64,000 bases of DNA, from assembly GCA_964016885.1 (NCBI GenBank), contig CAXHJY010001010.1, forward strand, positions 21,831-85,830. Reading direction: 5' to 3'. The notes under the pieces are model-generated. The model saw nothing but the letters and a program-made list of their open reading frames with translations, was not told the DNA's origin and ran no database searches. Shown piece by piece: positions 28,150-43,665 of this stretch. Position 1 is the stretch's first letter; every line of letters starts with the position of its first letter. Made by a program: the position numbers and the translations under genes. The stretch comes from Eledone cirrhosa (taxonomy: Eukaryota).

Positions 28150-29690
28150 AAAGTAAAATTTAGGAAATATGAAATTGGGGCTGAAAGAGACGGGCGAAAT
28201 TGCAACACCAATTGGGAAGATCTTCTTTAGTCTTCACGATAAAATTTCCCACCCCAACACCGCTACCACAATATCAACAGAAACATTATTAAAGTTTCCT
28301 ACAGCACTACACCCGATTTGTACAAAACATTGCTTCATCTAACAACAGAAACTCCTCTCTAACAGAACAAATAACAACGATATTGGTGGTGAGCAAACTA
28401 GGAGTTGTAACTGTCCGGATAGATAATCGTGCCCCCTCAACAATAGATGCTTAGAATAAAACGTGGTCTACCAGGGCAATGTGAGGACAGAAAACTCCAT
28501 CAAGGCCTACATCGGATTAACCACCTGCGATTTTAAGACCCGCTATTACCAACACCAACATACATTTAGAAACCCGGCTCAGCGACACGCGACAGCACTT
28601 TCTGGTCATATTGGGGACCTTCAAGACAACAATATTACTTACTATCTAAGTTGGAGCATACTTTCCAAGGAAAAATCTTACATGGGAGGATGCCGTCCAT
28701 GCAATTTATGCTTGGAGGAAACGATCCTGATGATGTTTGCAAAGGAAAGGACCAACTCTTAAAAAAAGGATAAACTTGTTACCTCGTGAAAACACAGAAT
28801 ACATAAGACATATCTTATATTGAAACCCCCTCACGACCCGGCTGGGTAGACCTCGGCTGTATCTCTTTCCTATTTACAAACTAAGATAGAGGAAAGCCCA
28901 AGCATACTTAGGTAGAAGTGACATTTTTTTCTTTTCTTTTTCTTCGTTAGTTACACACTCTAATTAAACTTACGTGGATCTTTGCATATCTACATTATTA
29001 TATCAGTTTCCATTCTTCTTTAGGTTATCCCGAATTTGTTCACTCTTGTTAAATATACATAGTACCGGCTGAACACGTAGCCATGTTCTTTTTTTTTGGG
29101 GGGGGGGGGGGTATAATTATAAAAGATAATACTAGTAAATTACTGCATTGAGGTGCCGTTCCAGAATATTAGAGTGAGTGATAACTAAATTCTATTTTTT
29201 AGGAATTTAATTAGTATTAATATCTATATGCTTTGCTCTTTAGCAAACTGTTAGACCTGGCATACTCACTTTCACTCTACAACACTCCTTGATTCTCACA
29301 TGCTGATTTTACCCTCATTAGTGATAGTTGTAAAGAATTCTCTCTTAACGCATGAGCGGCCTGGCATCCACAGGTCAGAATGTCATCTTACTCCCTCCCC
29401 ATTGTTATACAGGCCAATTCAGCCCCCACCTCCCACCACGATGAAGGAATTGAACCATGTACATGACATCCCCAAATCATTGACCACTCCCCGTGACAGA
29501 CAAGAGAAACAACATTTTTTAGGATTGTTTGATTTGATACTTCTACTTTGTTTTGATTGCGTACCCATATATGGACTGTACTCCTGATAAGTTCAGCTAG
29601 GTCTCTGTGGTCCTAATACTACTGGTTTAGTTCGGATCTAGCTGTCGAAATGTCTGGTGCTCACCTGTCAGGGTCCTAACTCTTTTCCTA
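28150..29690 (+). mobile_element. Degenerate Penelope-like 3' fragment (GIY-YIG 28463-28762) with pseudo-LTR
   Basis: VYQG..AYIGLT..FKTRYYQH..CNLCLEE; decayed HHR (CUGAUAA..GAAA) at 29581-29673 just before a TA run. Confidence 0.8.
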
Positions 29691-32206
29691 TATATATATG
29701 TATATATATAATGATTCGTACACTGAAATCAATATAATGCTACTGCATGTTTCATGATTCAACTCCAGCCAAGAAACCTAAAGTAGTGTTTTAATGTTTA
29801 GAATGTCTAATTTATAATAAATTAGCTCTACTTTTTACATAGTGCTTTCTGTTTAGTTTCTTGCTACATACATGCATGCATACATACATGCTGGCTGAAA
29901 ACTCTGCTAAGAGTATTGTAATCGCTTGTCAGATTATAGTGTTTGGTGCACTTTGAAGTTACAGCTAGCCATACGATGCTGTAACATATCCTGAACAAGC
30001 AATACCTGTATTTTGAAGGATTTTTTAAGGGCAAAAGGTCTTGCACGCGACCAATCCCACTCTCTGAGTATTGAAAACACTAACTGCAAAGTAGAACTGG
30101 TCAACATCATCGGATGCTTCCAAAGCCACAGGTTTTTTTTTTTCAGAGTTTCCCTCTCTTAGAAAGGTGTTGTGACACCAGCTGGAGGCCTTTCATTCCC
30201 AGATGAAAAAATAAAAGTACAATTTGGATGGCCATTGACTCTGCTGAGTTCCTCCGCCCTTTGCTGGCTCTTGCATTTCATCCCGTAGGGTGTCCAAATA
30301 TCACCCTCCTCACCAAGCAAGCTTGATGGGGTTCCCAGTTTAGTCACTGACAACCCGACCATGAGACAGGTTGTACTGGGTTACAAGCTACCAGTAGAAC
30401 TCAAGAGCGACCGACGTACATACATACATACACACATATTTATGCTGCATTTCATTGTTGGTCATGCTTACTGTAAAGTTGTAGGTTCTTCATTTGTTGA
30501 GATTAAGTATCTTTTTTTTTTTTTTAACTCTTTAAGTGCTAGTCTTGTTTTTCGGTATTTTACATGATATTTTTGGGTATATGATAAAATGCACCCAGTA
30601 CACTCTGTAAATTGGTAGTGCTAGTTCCACAATGTAAGGCGCACAAATCATTCTGTAACTGGTCGTGCTGATGCCATAAGAAAATTCATGTAGTATATTC
30701 TGTAAAGTGGTAACGTTGGTGCCACAATAAAATGCATTTAGTACATTTTGTAAATTAGTTGTAAATTAGTTTCACAATGAAATGCACTCATTTCACTCTG
30801 TAAAGTATTTGCCATTAGGAAGAGCATCCAGTTCTTGAAACTGTGTTGGAAATGTAATGTATGAGCAAGACATAGTTCTCCAATAGTCTCAGACTGTGAC
30901 AACTTTTCAAAATCATGGCGGCCTTAAAAGACATATAAAATGATGATGATAATGATGATATTTTAGCAATAGCCAATATCTTGGATAGAGTATGTGCATG
31001 TCATTCCAGAATGCTATTGAGTTATTTAATGAAGCTTTGGCTCTCAGTTGTGACCCAACGACATACTATAGGAGTTACAAGATATTTTAATGTTAATGCA
31101 CCAGTATGTGTTTCCTTTTACATAGCCTAAATGCAAACATATTTCATTCTCTTTCCTTAAACTGTTGACTTTTTTTCGATTCACGAGACATTTGTGAAAC
31201 TCTTGAATCTCTATGAAATCTAATAGCACTCTTGGGTGCTTTGGATTATCACTTCAGCGAATCCTTCATTTTAAATGTATTGGAAATAAACCTATAAATA
31301 AAATTTGCTAGCAAAAAACAAAATAAATAAACAAAATGACAAGAAAGAATGTGAAAAAAAGAACATGCAAATAAAGCATTTAGAATTGTGGAATTAAATA
31401 AATAACTAAATAGATTGAGAAATATACAAATAAACAATATTTTATGTGTCTGAAATAGAAAATATTATATACAATTGAAAAGACACTCGCACTCACATAC
31501 ACACATGTATGAATGTATTCTCAAACACATTAACATTTCCCCACTCCTAACGATACATAATAAATATAAAAAATAATATTCTAAAAAACATATTTCTATA
31601 TTTCAATATGAAATAATATATATGTATATATAAAAACAAAAAGGTAAAATTAAAATTAAATAAAAAACTAAATAAAATATAATAAAATGAAATAAAGTAA
31701 ATTAAATTGAATAATGAATAAACAAAATAAACACTCTGAAAATGTATATAATTCCATTTCTAATCATAAAACCACATAGTTTTAGAATAATTGAACCAAA
31801 ATATTCCTCATTTCATGCTTTAGTTATCCATGAGTCAGCTTTGGAAATTGATTTTATGTCACTTTCGGTATTTATTCTATCTTATCCTCTTAAATCTCTA
31901 TTGCTGGTAACAATAGGCAAACTGGCTGACAAGGCACCATTAATATATTGTGCTGAATGCTGTAAAACATAAAATAAGCTCCTGGAGAGCCACTTTCACA
32001 ACATCGTTCCCACTTTATTTTGTATAGCCATTTCATGTCACTTATGTTGCTAATACCTTTAGTAAATTTTTTTTTTTTTTTTTAGAAAGGCATGAACACA
32101 ACTGTGTAATGTTTCCTTTTGCTTATTATGAGGAACTGAAATATTTCAACCCTTTTGACACCAAACTCGCCAAAACTAGCTCTGCTTCTACAAAACAAAT
32201 AACCAT

Positions 32207-32704
32207 TTTAACACTTTTGATGCCAACCTGACCAAAACCACCACTGGTTGATAAGTTTCAGAAAGCCAGTATGACCCAGTATAAATATATAAAAAGCAAA
32301 TGATGACAAATAAAACAAAACAAAGTAATGTTTGGGTAACTAAACACAATGACCATTTCAATAGCCTCAGTGTGAGTGTGTGTCCGTCAAACATATACAT
32401 ATTCACGAGGTCCGATCACAAAGGAACCAAACTACCATTGTCACTGCCTCCATCTCTCCTGCTTTCCCAATGTTTTACTCAGTATATTTCAACATCATAT
32501 TTCACAGCTATTACTACATCTCTGGTTCCTTGAAACAAAAACAGCCAATTGTAAAGGATTCCTATTTAGATTAAAATGTTCCAACATATAAGAACTATAT
32601 GTTAAGTTGCTATTGCCATAATGAAATAATTAGTTATTTTAGTAAATTTTGTAAAATCCAGCATTAATTAAAATAGTCTATGAAATTCAGTTATGAAAGG
32701 GTTA
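32207..32704. mobile_element. Possible decayed piggyBac-type MITE
   Basis: TTAA-cactttt start and aaaggg-TTAA end; similar ends near 35655-35920, 36270, 39070 and 9600. Confidence 0.4.
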
Positions 32705-33149
32705 AAGAATTAAGGCGAATTAACACTGATAAAATTCTTACTGATACATCTATCACAATCTCAGTGTTATTCACCCACCATTACCATTATCACACCCATC
32801 AATTTCTAGGCGATATAGTGTGGAGAAGTGTATTACCTCCCTTTCCAACTTTATTGCATCCACTTCCTGGATTTATACACCTACCTTTTATTACAACTAC
32901 TACAGTTTCTACAATGTAGATTCATCAGATAAAAAGAGCAGCCAGAGCTCAATTAAATTACACGTTGGTATGATATGGTATGGTTCCATAAATCCTGAGG
33001 GAGTCGTAGTGATACCATATTGCCATACAGCATATCTTGGGCATTTTAAACCTGGTGAAGCCCATCACTCTTCAGGCCTGAGTACAGCAGATTTCTTTGA
33101 TAGGATGATAGAAAGTGATAGGGAGAAAGTGAGAAAAAGATATAGATGA

Positions 33150-33305
33150 AGAATCAACCCCAGTACTGCACTGGTGCTTTTTTGTCAATGCCAACAAAAT
33201 GAAAGGCAAAGTTGACCTCGTTAGGATTTGAACTCGAAGACCAAAAAGCCAGAACAAATACTACAAAGCACTCTATCCAATGTTCTAACTACTCTGCCAA
33301 TTCAC
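33150..33305 (-). mobile_element. Old tRNA-derived SINE (related copies ~34670-34980, 46600-46710)
   Basis: Shared atgaaaggcaaagttgacctcg..ggatttgaac (B-box-like on the minus strand). Confidence 0.65.
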
Positions 33306-36300
33306 AACCTTTCTATCTTAAAAACATGTACATATAAGGAATTAAGCTGAACTAACACTGCTAGCTTATCACTGATACAACTATTGCAATTCCTGTGTTA
33401 TCATTACTTCTAACAACAATCACAATGCTAAGAACGTAATTTTAGAAAGATCGTTCAACATCTAGCAGGAATAGCTAAAGTTAACACAAACTATGCATTA
33501 CTATCTTTAAATAAATGGAATCAGTTTATAATGTAGCCAAGGTACCTCATACTCGAAAAAAATTAAAGATGGATTGTAATAGCTGGAACATCTTTGAGGA
33601 TATGTCTGTTGAACCCAATTTAACCTGGAGCAAAACAATATCAACATTAACATAAACATTTCTACCAGATATATGAAGTCATATATGAATATCTGGCAAC
33701 ATCTAATAGTGAATTCGTTTTAGAATATGTACAACATATGCCCACATATTGCAGGAAGCGGCTAAAGTGGTTAGTACTAGGAAGGGTATCCAGCTATAGA
33801 GCATTTCCTGAAAAAGTTCACCCATGAGGGATCACAACACTAATTCATGTTCTAGTAGGGAAAATAACCTTAAACTACTTAAATGGGGAAATAAGATATA
33901 ATCGTCTTGCATGCAGGTTAAAGTAATTACTTCACATGACATGGTTTCAAGTTTGATTCCAATAAGCTACACCTTTGGCAAGTCTCTCTTACTGTATCTT
34001 CAAATTGATTATTACCTTGTGTGTAAAGTTTGGTAGGCAGAAAATACATATATGTATGTGTGCTTGCGTGCATCTTTAGCTGGTGTCAATTAGAAAAGGA
34101 AGGTAACATTAACAAGAAATGTACAAAATGGTGCTCTTCGAATGAAGTCCACTGTAGCTATTTGTTCTGCACTAAGTTACAAATAGACACTCCTGTCACT
34201 CTCACCATCAGAATTAGAGTGAAACAGTGATTGCTCAACTGGAAATCTGTAAACAATGAGGATATTGTTTGCAAACTGTGATATACAAAACAATATATAT
34301 GCTTTTTCTATTTGAAGTATTAAAGGTGATTGCTTGACCTGCTACAAACAGTAGCCAACACCCTTCAAAAGGCTGGGCTGATGTATTGGTTATTGTTATC
34401 CTAGATTCAGGATGCCTGCAGAACTGATTTGTTGGTCGTAGCTAGAACATATTTGATCATGTCCTCTTAATTAGAACTGATCTGGGCTAAATAACAGCAT
34501 AAAGGTAGTTAACTAGCAAGCTAGCTAGCTAGATCTGTTTATACAAAACAGACATAGATAAATATATGAATAGTTAAATGGATAGATAGATGATGGCTGA
34601 ATAAGTAAACAGTGAGATGGGTACATATGAGTACATTTTCTGTTTATATATTTATATAATGCCAAGGTGATTGGTAGAATTGTTAAAGCAGAATCCTTTG
34701 TGACATTTGTTCCAGCTCTTTATGTTCGGTGTTCAAATAATTGTTTCTACTTTTGGCACAAGGCCAGCAATTTACCAGTACATTACTGGTACTTTATTTT
34801 ATCGACCCCATAAGGATGAAAGGCAAAGTTGACCTCGGCGGGATTTGAACACAGAATGGAAAGGGCCGTAATTCTATGCGTCAAAGCATGATGTCCAACC
34901 CTCTACCGATACTGCCAATCATAATGCAGTTTAATTGTGCCTTTCATCCTTACTAGGCTGATAAAATACAGTACTTCTCTATGTGCAGAGGTTTATTGGA
35001 ATTGTTGAAACATGGACTAATTGCCATGTGGTACTTGTTATAGCTCTTTATGTTCTGAGTTTACTTATAATAACACTGGAGTCAAAATATATCTTCGATT
35101 ACCTTTCCAATGACACTAGTAGTGCAGAGTGAGGACACTTACTGTATCAACAATTATTGGTCTTCCATAAAAAATGTGCTGACTTGCCCTGACTAACAGA
35201 GGGTTTAGAGAGATATAGTAAAGTAGTAAATTACAATAATTCCTATGAATATTGCAATTGGTAATATGTAACTTTGTTCCCGAAACCCACCAACATGATG
35301 CATGCATGGTTCTGTAACTTCTGAAGGATTTGTAGGGGTGTCGATTGACATACATCATGTCTAGGGCATCTTTAAGCCTGGCAGAGCCCATCTCCTCTTT
35401 AAGTCTGAATACAGAAGATTTCTTCCAGAGAAGGATAGAAAGTGGGAGAGAGAGGAAGTGAAAAATATATATAGGGGGAGAATTGACCCCAATTCTAGAC
35501 TGTTCCTTTTTGCATCGACCACAAATTGATGAAACACAAAGTAGTTCGCTACTACATTTGAACAGAGACAAAAGGAATACTGCAGAGCACTCATCTGATT
35601 TTCTAATGACTGCAAATTTGCCACATCACCAACATCATAGAACCAATTAAATACTTAACACTTTTCATACCAAACTGCCTGGACCATACCTAGTTCAATG
35701 ACAATGACGCTAAGCTGTTTATATTAAAATGTTTATATTCATCTAAAAACTTACCATCATCATTTTATTTAAGAAACTTTGATACGTTATGCTCCAAACA
35801 CCAGATTAATAATGTGAAAGTTATTTATATTACTAAATTCTTCTAAATTGTTTATTATTTCAAAATTATTTGAAACTCACAGGCAGTGTCTTTCATTAGA
35901 AATATTGTAATGAAAGGGATACTTTTATTCTCATTAGGACAACATATGTAATGAAATCAACAAATTCTTAAGAAATCTTCAGTAGAACAAGTAGACCTAG
36001 GTCAAGATTGCAAGTTATTAGCATAGTTTAAACATGATCCTGTCAATTAATTCTAGAGCTAAACCACCTAGAACTGACTTTGGTTTTATGATACAAAACT
36101 CTTCTATGTTTATATTTATCTGAAACCTTTCTATAATAATTCTATGTAACAACATTTTTTATGTTTCAAACACTAGCTTTGTCATAAGAAACCTATATTA
36201 TTAAATCTCTTCAGATTCTTGATTATTTTCAGAATTAAAGTGCCTTTTGATAGAAATATGCCAAAGAAAAGGTTAATGTCATTCTCATTAGAAAACCAGA

Positions 36301-36751
36301 CGTCATGGTAACCAAGTCAAGAAATTGTTATGAGATCTTCAGTAGAAAGAGGAGACCTGGGTCAGGATTGCAAGTTATTAGCATATTTAAAGCATTGTTA
36401 TCCTGTCAATTAATTATAGTGATATTTATTAAATATGCCTATAAGCAGATTTAATTGGAAAAAGGTTTCGTTGATTTGTATAACTTACCATACAAGTAGA
36501 TTTCATGTTCCAGAAGGTTATTATTGAATGTCTAGCATCATTCAGCAATTAACAGGAAAACAAAGGGTAGGAACAGAGAACATCACAATTCATATTTTAC
36601 TGTTAGAAAGGAAGTTAATTAGCAGAAATGTTATAACAGCAATATAAATAGCATACACTATTCAGTTTAATACCACTTTGTGACCACAACAGAATTTGAA
36701 CTCAGAAGTTCAAACTCTGCTGTGGTCACCCATATTTTTCCTCTCAAACAT

Positions 36752-36822
<71 letters not shown>

Positions 36823-38194
36823 ATGTTTGTGTTTGTGTCCATGTGTGGATGTTGTCATCATCATCAATTAATGTCTGTTTTCCCTGCTAGCAAAGGCTGA
36901 ATAGGTCGTCAGCATACTAGCTTGTTACTCAAATTAGAGATACTGACCCCATGGTTGATCAGAAGTCTGCACCTCATTTACATATGTTCATCATACACCC
37001 TACCAAGTGCACAGAAAGGCCAGTGGTGTAGATTTGTTTATGTTCAAGTGAAGGTAATTAGTGGTTTAAGTTATGTATTGTCAATGGGAGTGTGAGTGTA
37101 TTTATGTATGTGTTATCAGTGTGTGCGTGTTTGAGTGAGTCTGTATGGATTATTGGTCTGTATATGTGAGTGAGTGTTTACATGGGTGCATAAGCATGTG
37201 TAGCTATCTCTATCTGTATGCTTGGAGATGTGTGTATGCTCACAAATTGGGAAGAGATTTCAAGAGCATGTATTCCAAAATTTCAGTTGTTGGATTTCAG
37301 AAGTTGAGTGGCAAATGACTGCATTCTGGTGATGAGAAAAAGGTTTTTTTTATTGTTCAGTTCATTAGTTCAGAAAATTATGTGGTAGCAAGTGGGCTTG
37401 GTGGGTGAGACAGAAGTGTATGTCTCTAGGGATGAAGACTAGAGATATGTCAAGACAAGAAGTTTAGCTGACAGATTTCAAAGAATTTATTATTTATTTA
37501 GTTATTTACTCAATTTAAATGCCTGTATAGAGCTAGCAAACTATGACAAACTAGGTGAAGTATCTAGTACTTGTTACTTTTGAGAAACAAAAAAAAAAAA
37601 GATTTACAGAGATGAGTGAAAATAAAAATAAAATAAACAATAAAATAAAATACGAAATTTAAAAGACTTGAGGAACTCAAGAAGTTGTCCTTAAAGGTTA
37701 CTTTGAGGGAATGTGTGTTTTGTTAAGATTTATGTGTGTATGTGTGCATCTGTGTATTCGAGTGGTGTATATTTTGTTAGTGGTGATGGTATGTGTGTGC
37801 ATGTTTAGGTGCATTGTTGGTGAGTGTGTGTTTGTATGAATATGGTTCAGTTTATGTCTGTGTTGATGTGTATTGTTAATGGATGTGCATGTGAATGTGC
37901 GTTTTAGTATGCATCTGTTGGGATATATGTCATGTCTACCTGTGTGTATTTCTGTTTGTGCACAATTATTGGATGTTTTTATTTTTAGTTTGAGTGTATG
38001 TGAAAGTGGTGTATGTACATTTAGTTTCAGAAGGTTTGTGTTTATTCTAGTATATTTCTAAATATGGACGTGAAATTAAGTTTAGTTTGTTATAGTATAT
38101 TTCAGAGCTAGTGAAAAGACTTCAAACACAATCTCTTGGAATATCAAGAAAATATATCACTGGTTATTAATAATTTATTACTAAACTTCTTCTT

Positions 38195-38645
38195 TGCCCA
38201 CTTATTCCTGAGATGGTCATTTGCAGAGTCCTCAAACACTCCATCCAGCTGGTCCTGTCAGAAGCAACCATCTCTAACGGATTTGGCTGGATCCCCAAGC
38301 ATGATCAGCCAAGCTCATGGATGTTATCCTACTATCTTGCTCAGGGCCTACACCTTGGTGTCCTACCTGTTGGTTTCACCAGTAAAATCTGTCCAGTGAT
38401 TATTTCCTGAGATATGATAACCACATGCTCATAGTATCGGAGCTGTGATCTCTCAATTTGGAGAAGTAGCAGCTCTACCTGGAATGACTCTCTGATCTCT
38501 GAGCTATGCACTTTATCAAGTAACATTACTCCAAGGACCCTTCAGAGGAATCCCATTTCAGCTGCTTGTATTCACGATCATATTCTTTTAGTCATTACCA
38601 AAGATTTGTGACCATAGGCAAGGGTCGGTATGAAAACCGAATTAA
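38195..38645 (-). mobile_element. Old RTE LINE 3' fragment (related tail at ~10340-10520)
   Basis: IERSQLRYYEHV..KPTGRTPRCRP; shared tcctcaaacact..ccag..tcctgtca..caaccatct sequence. Confidence 0.7.
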
Positions 38646-40430
38646 AGGCAGCAAATTTGGCTGTTAGGCCTACCTACTAAACTATTTTCTTATATATAAA
38701 TTCATAGTTATTATAGTTTCCATTTTATTCCCCCTTTCGATATCAAATTGCCTGACACTGACCCTAGTTATATGATAAAATACTGTCTTAAATCTTTTGA
38801 CTATAACTTTATGTAAGAACATTTGTTAACTTTTTCATCACCTTATTTCTATGATTTTTCAAAATATAATTTTGAAAATAATCAAGAAGTTGGAGAGATT
38901 TAATAACATAACTCATCCATTATGTTCCTGTTGTTTGAAACATAACTTAATTAACAAAGGTTCTTACACAGAATTATGATTGAAGGGTTTTGGATAAATA
39001 TAAACAGTTTAAAACAGCTAGTTTTATATTATAAGATTAAGGGCAATTCCAGGCAGGTTGGTATCAAATGGATTAAGTTAAGTTTTAAACATCTGCATAA
39101 TAATGACTCACTATTAATGAGGAAGTTAGATTATCTTAATCTTCATCAGTGAACATATATTTTGTTCTGATAGCTAGGGTTGGAAATGTCATCACAGACG
39201 AAATCAGTATTCAAGTGGTGTAAATGATATCTCAGATTGGCTGGGGGCCTCCCTCTTGCTTTCTTACTTTCCTGCACTCTACCAGGTGTTCACGTGGGTC
39301 TACATTACTAAATACTCAAAATTCTTGATTATATTAAAAATAACTTGAAAATCAATGGTAGTGTTTGTCATTAAAAAGCATTATGATGAAAGTGTTAATG
39401 AGAGATTTTATGATATATTTCTCTATCAGATGTCATCAGGTCTGTTCTTCAATTATCCTCAGGTGTCTATTTTCCTATACATACCTACGGAAATTTGAAA
39501 TATTGAACCTTAATTCCATTACATAGGTTTGCAACACTCTTAACCATCTTGCTACAGTCATGTGCCAATATCCATTGCCATTAAATGTGCAGTTTTAAGT
39601 TGAATTTCCCTGAAGTTTTTGTTTTTGTGAAATTATTTCAAGAAATGGGGACATTTAAATACCATGAATATCTGAAACGTTCATTGAATTGTTTTACAGT
39701 TTTTTCTCATTTTACTTCTTGTTGCTCTTGAACTTGATGTTTGGGTGTTGATGGCAGTTATGGCTTCAGTAGTTGTTTAGGTTTAGTTCCTTTATAACAT
39801 ATGAAGCTTTACATAATTAGCTATTTCAAGTTTGAAAAGAACACTTTCCTGATAATTACCATTTTTTCTTCGTTTTATGGTTATTGTTATAGTTTTATTT
39901 AACTTTACCATAAAACATTACTACTTTCTTAAAGTGAAGCTAAGAAGTTGTTGAGCACAATATTAAGATTCAGACGACCACCATCCTTTCTTTTGAGTCT
40001 TGAATCATTCACCAAAATACTCACAACTACATAAATAAAGAAATATCAGTAAATTATTGAAAAATGAAATATTTATTACAAGCTGTGTAAAATGAATCCA
40101 AATGAAACTATGAAAAAAATTCCAACTGCTAGGTACATTCTTAATGTGGTTTCGTAAGTAAAAGGAAAGAAACATTGAAGAGAAACAAAACGAAAAATGA
40201 AGAACATGAACATTTTTTAGTTCTTTGTTTTGTTCTGTTGTTGCTTATTTTATTTATATATTTTTCTATATATTTTAGTTTAGAATTCATAAAGCAAAAT
40301 TCTGAAATGTTGTCAGGAAAACTTTTGAAAAATGTATAGAGCTTGAATAGCATTGGTCCCTAAGAAACTATCTTCATTATTTTAGAATATATACATTAAA
40401 CCCCCACCAAACAAAGATATATATATATAT

Positions 40431-40878
<448 letters not shown>

Positions 40879-41302
40879 TACATACATATATATATATATT
40901 CTTTTACTGATTTTAGACATCAAACTGTAGGCATACTGGGACACAACATTAGTGGTATATGCCTCCACATATATATATATATATGTGCCTCCATATATAT
41001 ATATATATATATTCTTTTACTGATTTTAGACATCAAACTGCAGGCATACTGGGACACAACATTGATTTAGTTAACCATATCGACTCCAGTACTTATTTCT
41101 TCAAGTCTGCTACTAATTATATTGAGCTTTCTTTGTCAAACTGATCAGTAATGGAATATAGACACAGACCCATGTGCAAACAGAAACATGGACATGGACA
41201 CTGACGAACACATACATATTCAGTAGTCAGTGGGACTAGACCCAAAACTATGGCTGCAAATCAAACTCTCCTTAACCACAAAATTAATATTGTGCCTATA
41301 TA

Positions 41303-42523
41303 TGAGGTGGTATCAAAAATATCCTAGACTAGTTATTTTTAAAATCAACTAATATATTTCCTAAGTTTTAACATCATCTCCTTCGAATTAGTCACCTTGC
41401 GCAGCAATACACCACTTCCACCATTCCGGTGTGGAAGTTGTTTTCTTTAAGCGAGTTGAGGGCCATCTGTGATTCACTCTGGATCTCAGGAAGGGTGTTA
41501 AAACTGCGACCTTTGAGCTGCATTTTCAACTTGGAGAAGAGACAGAATTTTGCAGATGCTAAATCTGGCAAATGGGGTGGGTGTGGAAGTGATACAATGT
41601 TATTTTTGGCAAGAAACTCACAAGTAAAGAGAGCTCGGTGACAGGGTGCATTGTCATCATGAGGAATCTAATTCTTTATGCTTCTTTATCCGGTCACTTT
41701 TGCCAATCATCCTCCCTCAAATGCCTCAAAATGATGCAGTAGAACTCTTGATTGATAGCCTGACCCTAGGGGACAAATTCTTCATGCACAACACTGCAGA
41801 TGTCAAAAAATAAAAACGATCAGCATGCTCTTGAGCTTCAGCTCTGTCATGCCTTCTTTGGTCATGCAAATGAAGGTCTTTTCGACTGTGTAGACTGATG
41901 CTTTGTCTCAGGGTTGTACGCCTAGACCCAACTCTTGCCACTGGAGAGGATCCGTGACATGAAGGATGGGTCATCAGTGGCAGGCTGACAGAGATCTTGT
42001 CAGACTTTGATGCAATGTTCTTTCTGCTCAGTGGTTAGCCAGTGGGGGATAAAGTTGGTAGCGACATGCTGCTTGTTCAATTCAGATGTAGGATTGCCTG
42101 CACAGACACATACGATAGACCAATAATATCAGCAATATTGTTGATTGTCCTCTGACCATCTTCATGCACACACTGATTGATTTTCTCTACATTTCCGGGG
42201 GTGACACTAGTGGCAGATCTTCCAGGTAGCTTCTTCCAGATAATCATCTTCCAGGGATGTTCTTCGACTTTTGAAGTGCCCGTGCTACTTGAAATATTGT
42301 GTATATTCCATTGCCTCATCACTATAAGCTTGCTGAAGCATGATCAATATCTCTGTAGCACACTTCCCAAGTTGAATGCAAAATTTCACGTTAGCTCTTT
42401 CTTCCAACTTTCTGTTCATGACAAAATCGCAGCATTCAAGTGATGTCACTACATGCACAACCATGTGTTGCCATATGCTTGTATTCTACAGAACTAGTCC
42501 AGAAAGTTTTTAATATCACCTTG
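41303..42523 (-). mobile_element. Decayed mariner (Tc1/mariner) transposon, about full length
   Basis: TA-flanked imperfect ~30-bp TIRs (tgaggtggtatcaaaa..gactagt / actagtc..tttttaatatcaccttg); HTH remnant GRSATSVTPGNVEKI..TINNIADIIGLSY. Confidence 0.85.
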
Positions 42524-42841
42524 TATATAATCATTTTAGGAATATTTTTCCATTATGGCATAGATTGAACAGGTCGTAAAAGATTGAACAAGTCAGTACT
42601 CAAGTGGAGCTACCCTCTTCCTAGATGAGTTCAAGGTCCATGTCTTATGAATATACATTCCATTTTTTGCAACCCCAACATTATTGTATGTGTATGTGTA
42701 CACACACACTCACACACATATATGTATGTGTGTATATATATATATATATAATATATATATATATGTGTATATATTTATATATATGTAAATGATATGAGCA
42801 CAACAAATAAGATGTAAATGTATATGTGTATATATATATAT

Positions 42842-42907
<66 letters not shown>

Positions 42908-42911
<4 letters not shown>

Positions 42912-43219
42912 GTTAGAGCATTGGCCTTGCAATCGAAAGGTTGTGAGTTCAATTCACAGACCGGGTGATGTGTTGTTTCCTTGAACAAGACACTTTATTT
43001 CACATTGCTCCAGTTTACTCAGCTGTAGAAATGAGATGATAGGGACTGGGGTCCATATCATTCCACTGCAAAGTGGTTGTGGAGGTGCCATGGCAAAAAA
43101 GCACCCACCACTCACTGTAAATGAGGTTGGTGTTAGGAAGGGCATCCAGCTGTAGAAATCAAGCCAGAATCAGTTCCCGTCCCACCCTTGCAAGCAGGGA
43201 AAAGTGGACATAAAATGAT

Positions 43220-43222
<3 letters not shown>
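42908..43222 (+). mobile_element. tRNA-derived SINE, same family as 40431-40776
   Basis: Near-identical sequence in the opposite orientation. Confidence 0.85.
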
Positions 43223-43253
<31 letters not shown>

Positions 43254-43299
43254 TAGGTATATGTGTGTGTATGTTTTGTATATATGATGATATACCCCA

Positions 43300-43665
43300 G
43301 ATGTCACGGTAGTGTCTCAAAAGCGATGACACATGACCGTGGCCTCTGGCTGGCGTCATGCAGTAATACAGATGACCTGACTTCCGATGGGTACATGCTG
43401 AAGCTGAAGCATGTAGACAATATGCCCCATCCCTTCCCACTGCAAAGTAGTCATGGAGGTGCTACAGAAAAAAAGCACCCAGCACTCACTGTAAATGAGG
43501 TTGGTGTTAGGAAGGGCATCCAGCTGTAGAAATTAAGCCAGAATCAGTTCCTGTATGAGCAAAACAAGGTCAGCCGACTAGACACTTCCCACAACAGGAC
43601 AACCTGTCTAACCCATGCTAGCGTGGAAGAATGAACGTAAAACGTGATGATAATGATGATAATGA
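43300..43665 (+). mobile_element. Related RTE-tail SINE or non-autonomous element (similar to 59110-59481)
   Basis: gcatgtagacaatatg..aaagcacccagc..ggtgttaggaagggcatccagctgtag..aacccatgctagcgtggaa..(tga)n. Confidence 0.75.

Noticed and set aside
29581-29673. Active hammerhead
   Set aside because: CUGAUAA gives a C3-A8 mismatch and helix III is disrupted; kept only as a relic.
39405-39445. CTGATGA..GAAA on the minus strand
   Set aside because: No stem I and no helix III closing pair; likely chance.
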